A DNA stretch of 64,000 bases, from the NCBI RefSeq assembly GCF_025526975.1, contig NW_026515671.1:620001-684000 (forward strand), given 5' to 3'. Under the pieces are notes generated by a model that saw nothing but the letters and a program-made list of their open reading frames with translations, was not told the DNA's origin and searched no databases. The position numbers were made by a program, and so were the translations under genes. The DNA is from Fimicolochytrium jonesii (taxonomy: Eukaryota). Numbering within the stretch: the first letter of the stretch is position 1; each line of letters opens with the position of its first letter. Shown here in pieces: positions 62,667 through 64,000 of this stretch.

Positions 62667-64000
62667 TCACGATGAGTTTTCTGGCCCGCCAAACAAAGTC
62701 GGCGGAGACGCAGACAGAGGGCCCGTCCCAACTGTGGCCCGAAGCGGCGGGGAAGTCCCTGCTGTCGCCATCGAAGCGTCGTTCGTCGATGGCGGCACGC
62801 TGGACATCGGGTGATTCGACATGGATTGTTGGTAAGGGTGCTCCTGTTTTGGCATCCCCACACCACCATCCCCTTCGCACGCCGGCGTATCCCCGAGACC
62901 GCTCAGGTCACTCCACCAGTTTCCTGATGTGTCGAAGAATGGATTCAGCAACTCGGAAAAGATCGAATCGGCGTAGTATGACCCTGGTGGTGGTTGTCCC
63001 GGGAAGGCCGCCTGAGAGGGATTTGGCTGGAGCTGTGGCGGTGGTGGACCACCCGCGCCGCTCGGTATCGACGGGACGGATCTAGCAGCCACGTTGCTGG
63101 CTGCGGTGTAGGTGGTGTTGAAGGTTGGTGGAGGGATCCCTTGTTCCTGCTGTGGAACGGGCATAGTGGGGTGTTGTGATGGTTGTTGATATGCTGGGTA
63201 TGCGGCGGCTTGTGACGAGTTTTGCTGCTGTTGCGGATGAGTCGCGTACGCCGTCGGGTATGAAAAGCCTCCTTGTGGGTAGAACATGGCGGGTGCGCTA
63301 ACGAACTGTGGAGCCTGCAAGGTCTCCATTTGCTGTTGTGGGACAATGCGGACTCCATAGTCAGCAAAGACGGGCGCTTGAGGTCCGTTCGGATTGTGCC
63401 CTATATAGGGTGCGACTGGAGGCGGATACGCGTAGTTGGCTTGTGGTTGTGCGTTTTGACCTTCCGCGATACCTTGGGCTGGCTTGGGATACGCGGCAGC
63501 GTTCAGCGGACCACCATCTGGTGGTTTCGCTTGTGGCCCTTTCAGGGATTCTGCAATCAACTGCCCGTAATATACCGCAAACTGCGAGGTGTCCTTCAAT
63601 CGGTCGAAAGCCGTAAGACTGCTCTTGAGCTCCGCATTGACATCATTGACATCGATGTCGGCTTGCTCTCTCTTCTCGTTCGTTTTCGCCCGTTTCCGCT
63701 GGTGATGTCCCGGTTTGGCATCCTTTCCATCCGCTTTCTGTGCGGCCATCTTCTGTTCTACCAGCATATCGAGGAAGGTCGTGGAAGCCGTCAAGCCGCA
63801 ATACACCACGAAAGGCAAGACAAATACGTAATCGGCAGCGGTCTGAGTCGTGGACGATGGTGAAGCCTCGGGGTCTTCGACGGGTGGTGAGGCCAGCGGC
63901 AGGGCTTCAAGAATTTGTCGGATAGCAACGGCACTACTCGCGCACACGCCTCCGAAGCCGCCAGTTGCAATCCGATGCAGGAGAATAGTGGCAGTGTGAT
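62667..64000 (-). CDS. 3' part of a probable fungal-specific transcription factor (end of middle-homology region plus Q/P-rich tail); continues beyond the window
   Basis: The frame is open to the window edge. CASSAVAIRQIL...LPFVVYCGLTAS...LKSSLTAFDRL resembles the helical end of the Zn2Cys6 middle-homology region. It is followed by a Q/P/Y-rich tail with acidic-hydrophobic IFSELLNPFFD...WWSDL. Confidence 0.65.
   Translation of the reverse strand, partial: HTATILLHRIATGGFGGVCASSAVAIRQILEALPLASPPVEDPEASPSSTTQTAADYVFVLPFVVYCGLTASTTFLDMLVEQKMAAQKADGKDAKPGHHQRKRAKTNEKREQADIDVNDVNAELKSSLTAFDRLKDTSQFAVYYGQLIAESLKGPQAKPPDGGPLNAAAYPKPAQGIAEGQNAQPQANYAYPPPVAPYIGHNPNGPQAPVFADYGVRIVPQQQMETLQAPQFVSAPAMFYPQGGFSYPTAYATHPQQQQNSSQAAAYPAYQQPSQHPTMPVPQQEQGIPPPTFNTTYTAASNVAARSVPSIPSGAGGPPPPQLQPNPSQAAFPGQPPPGSYYADSIFSELLNPFFDTSGNWWSDLSGLGDTPACEGDGGVGMPKQEHPYQQSMSNHPMSSVPPSTNDASMATAGTSPPLRATVGTGPLSASPPTLFGGPENSS

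Overview
Gene-dense, intron-rich eukaryotic DNA with short GT-AG introns. It is almost certainly fungal (Zn2Cys6 transcription factors, PNS1, Dma1, DUF2945) and probably a zoosporic chytrid-type fungus (inference: MORN3-like flagellar gene and a chytrid-type ankyrin relic). I can support about 22 protein-coding genes, mostly conserved housekeeping genes often arranged head-to-head: SAL1-like Ca2+-binding mitochondrial carrier, HEM15, carnitine acetyltransferase, SLX4, ATG13, TAPT1/EMP65, DMA1, a hotdog thioesterase, APC1, SEC24, MORN3, VPS36, PMS1, PNS1, a PA-domain subtilisin and three transcription factors. There is also one tRNA-Leu(CAA) and two decayed gene relics (ABCB transporter; F-box-like/ankyrin). 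No prokaryotic-type system, CRISPR array or intact transposon is visible. The most interesting observations are: a C2H2 transcription factor with an apparent N-terminal PB1 domain; an orphan protein that appears to carry two degenerate Spa2/GIT homology modules; a 28-bp perfect inverted repeat whose ends read as splice donor and branch point on both strands; within-exon C-rich/G-rich codon oscillation; and dual mitochondrial/peroxisomal targeting of the carnitine acetyltransferase. All family calls come from motif recognition by eye, not database searches. CDS coordinates give the gene span including introns.
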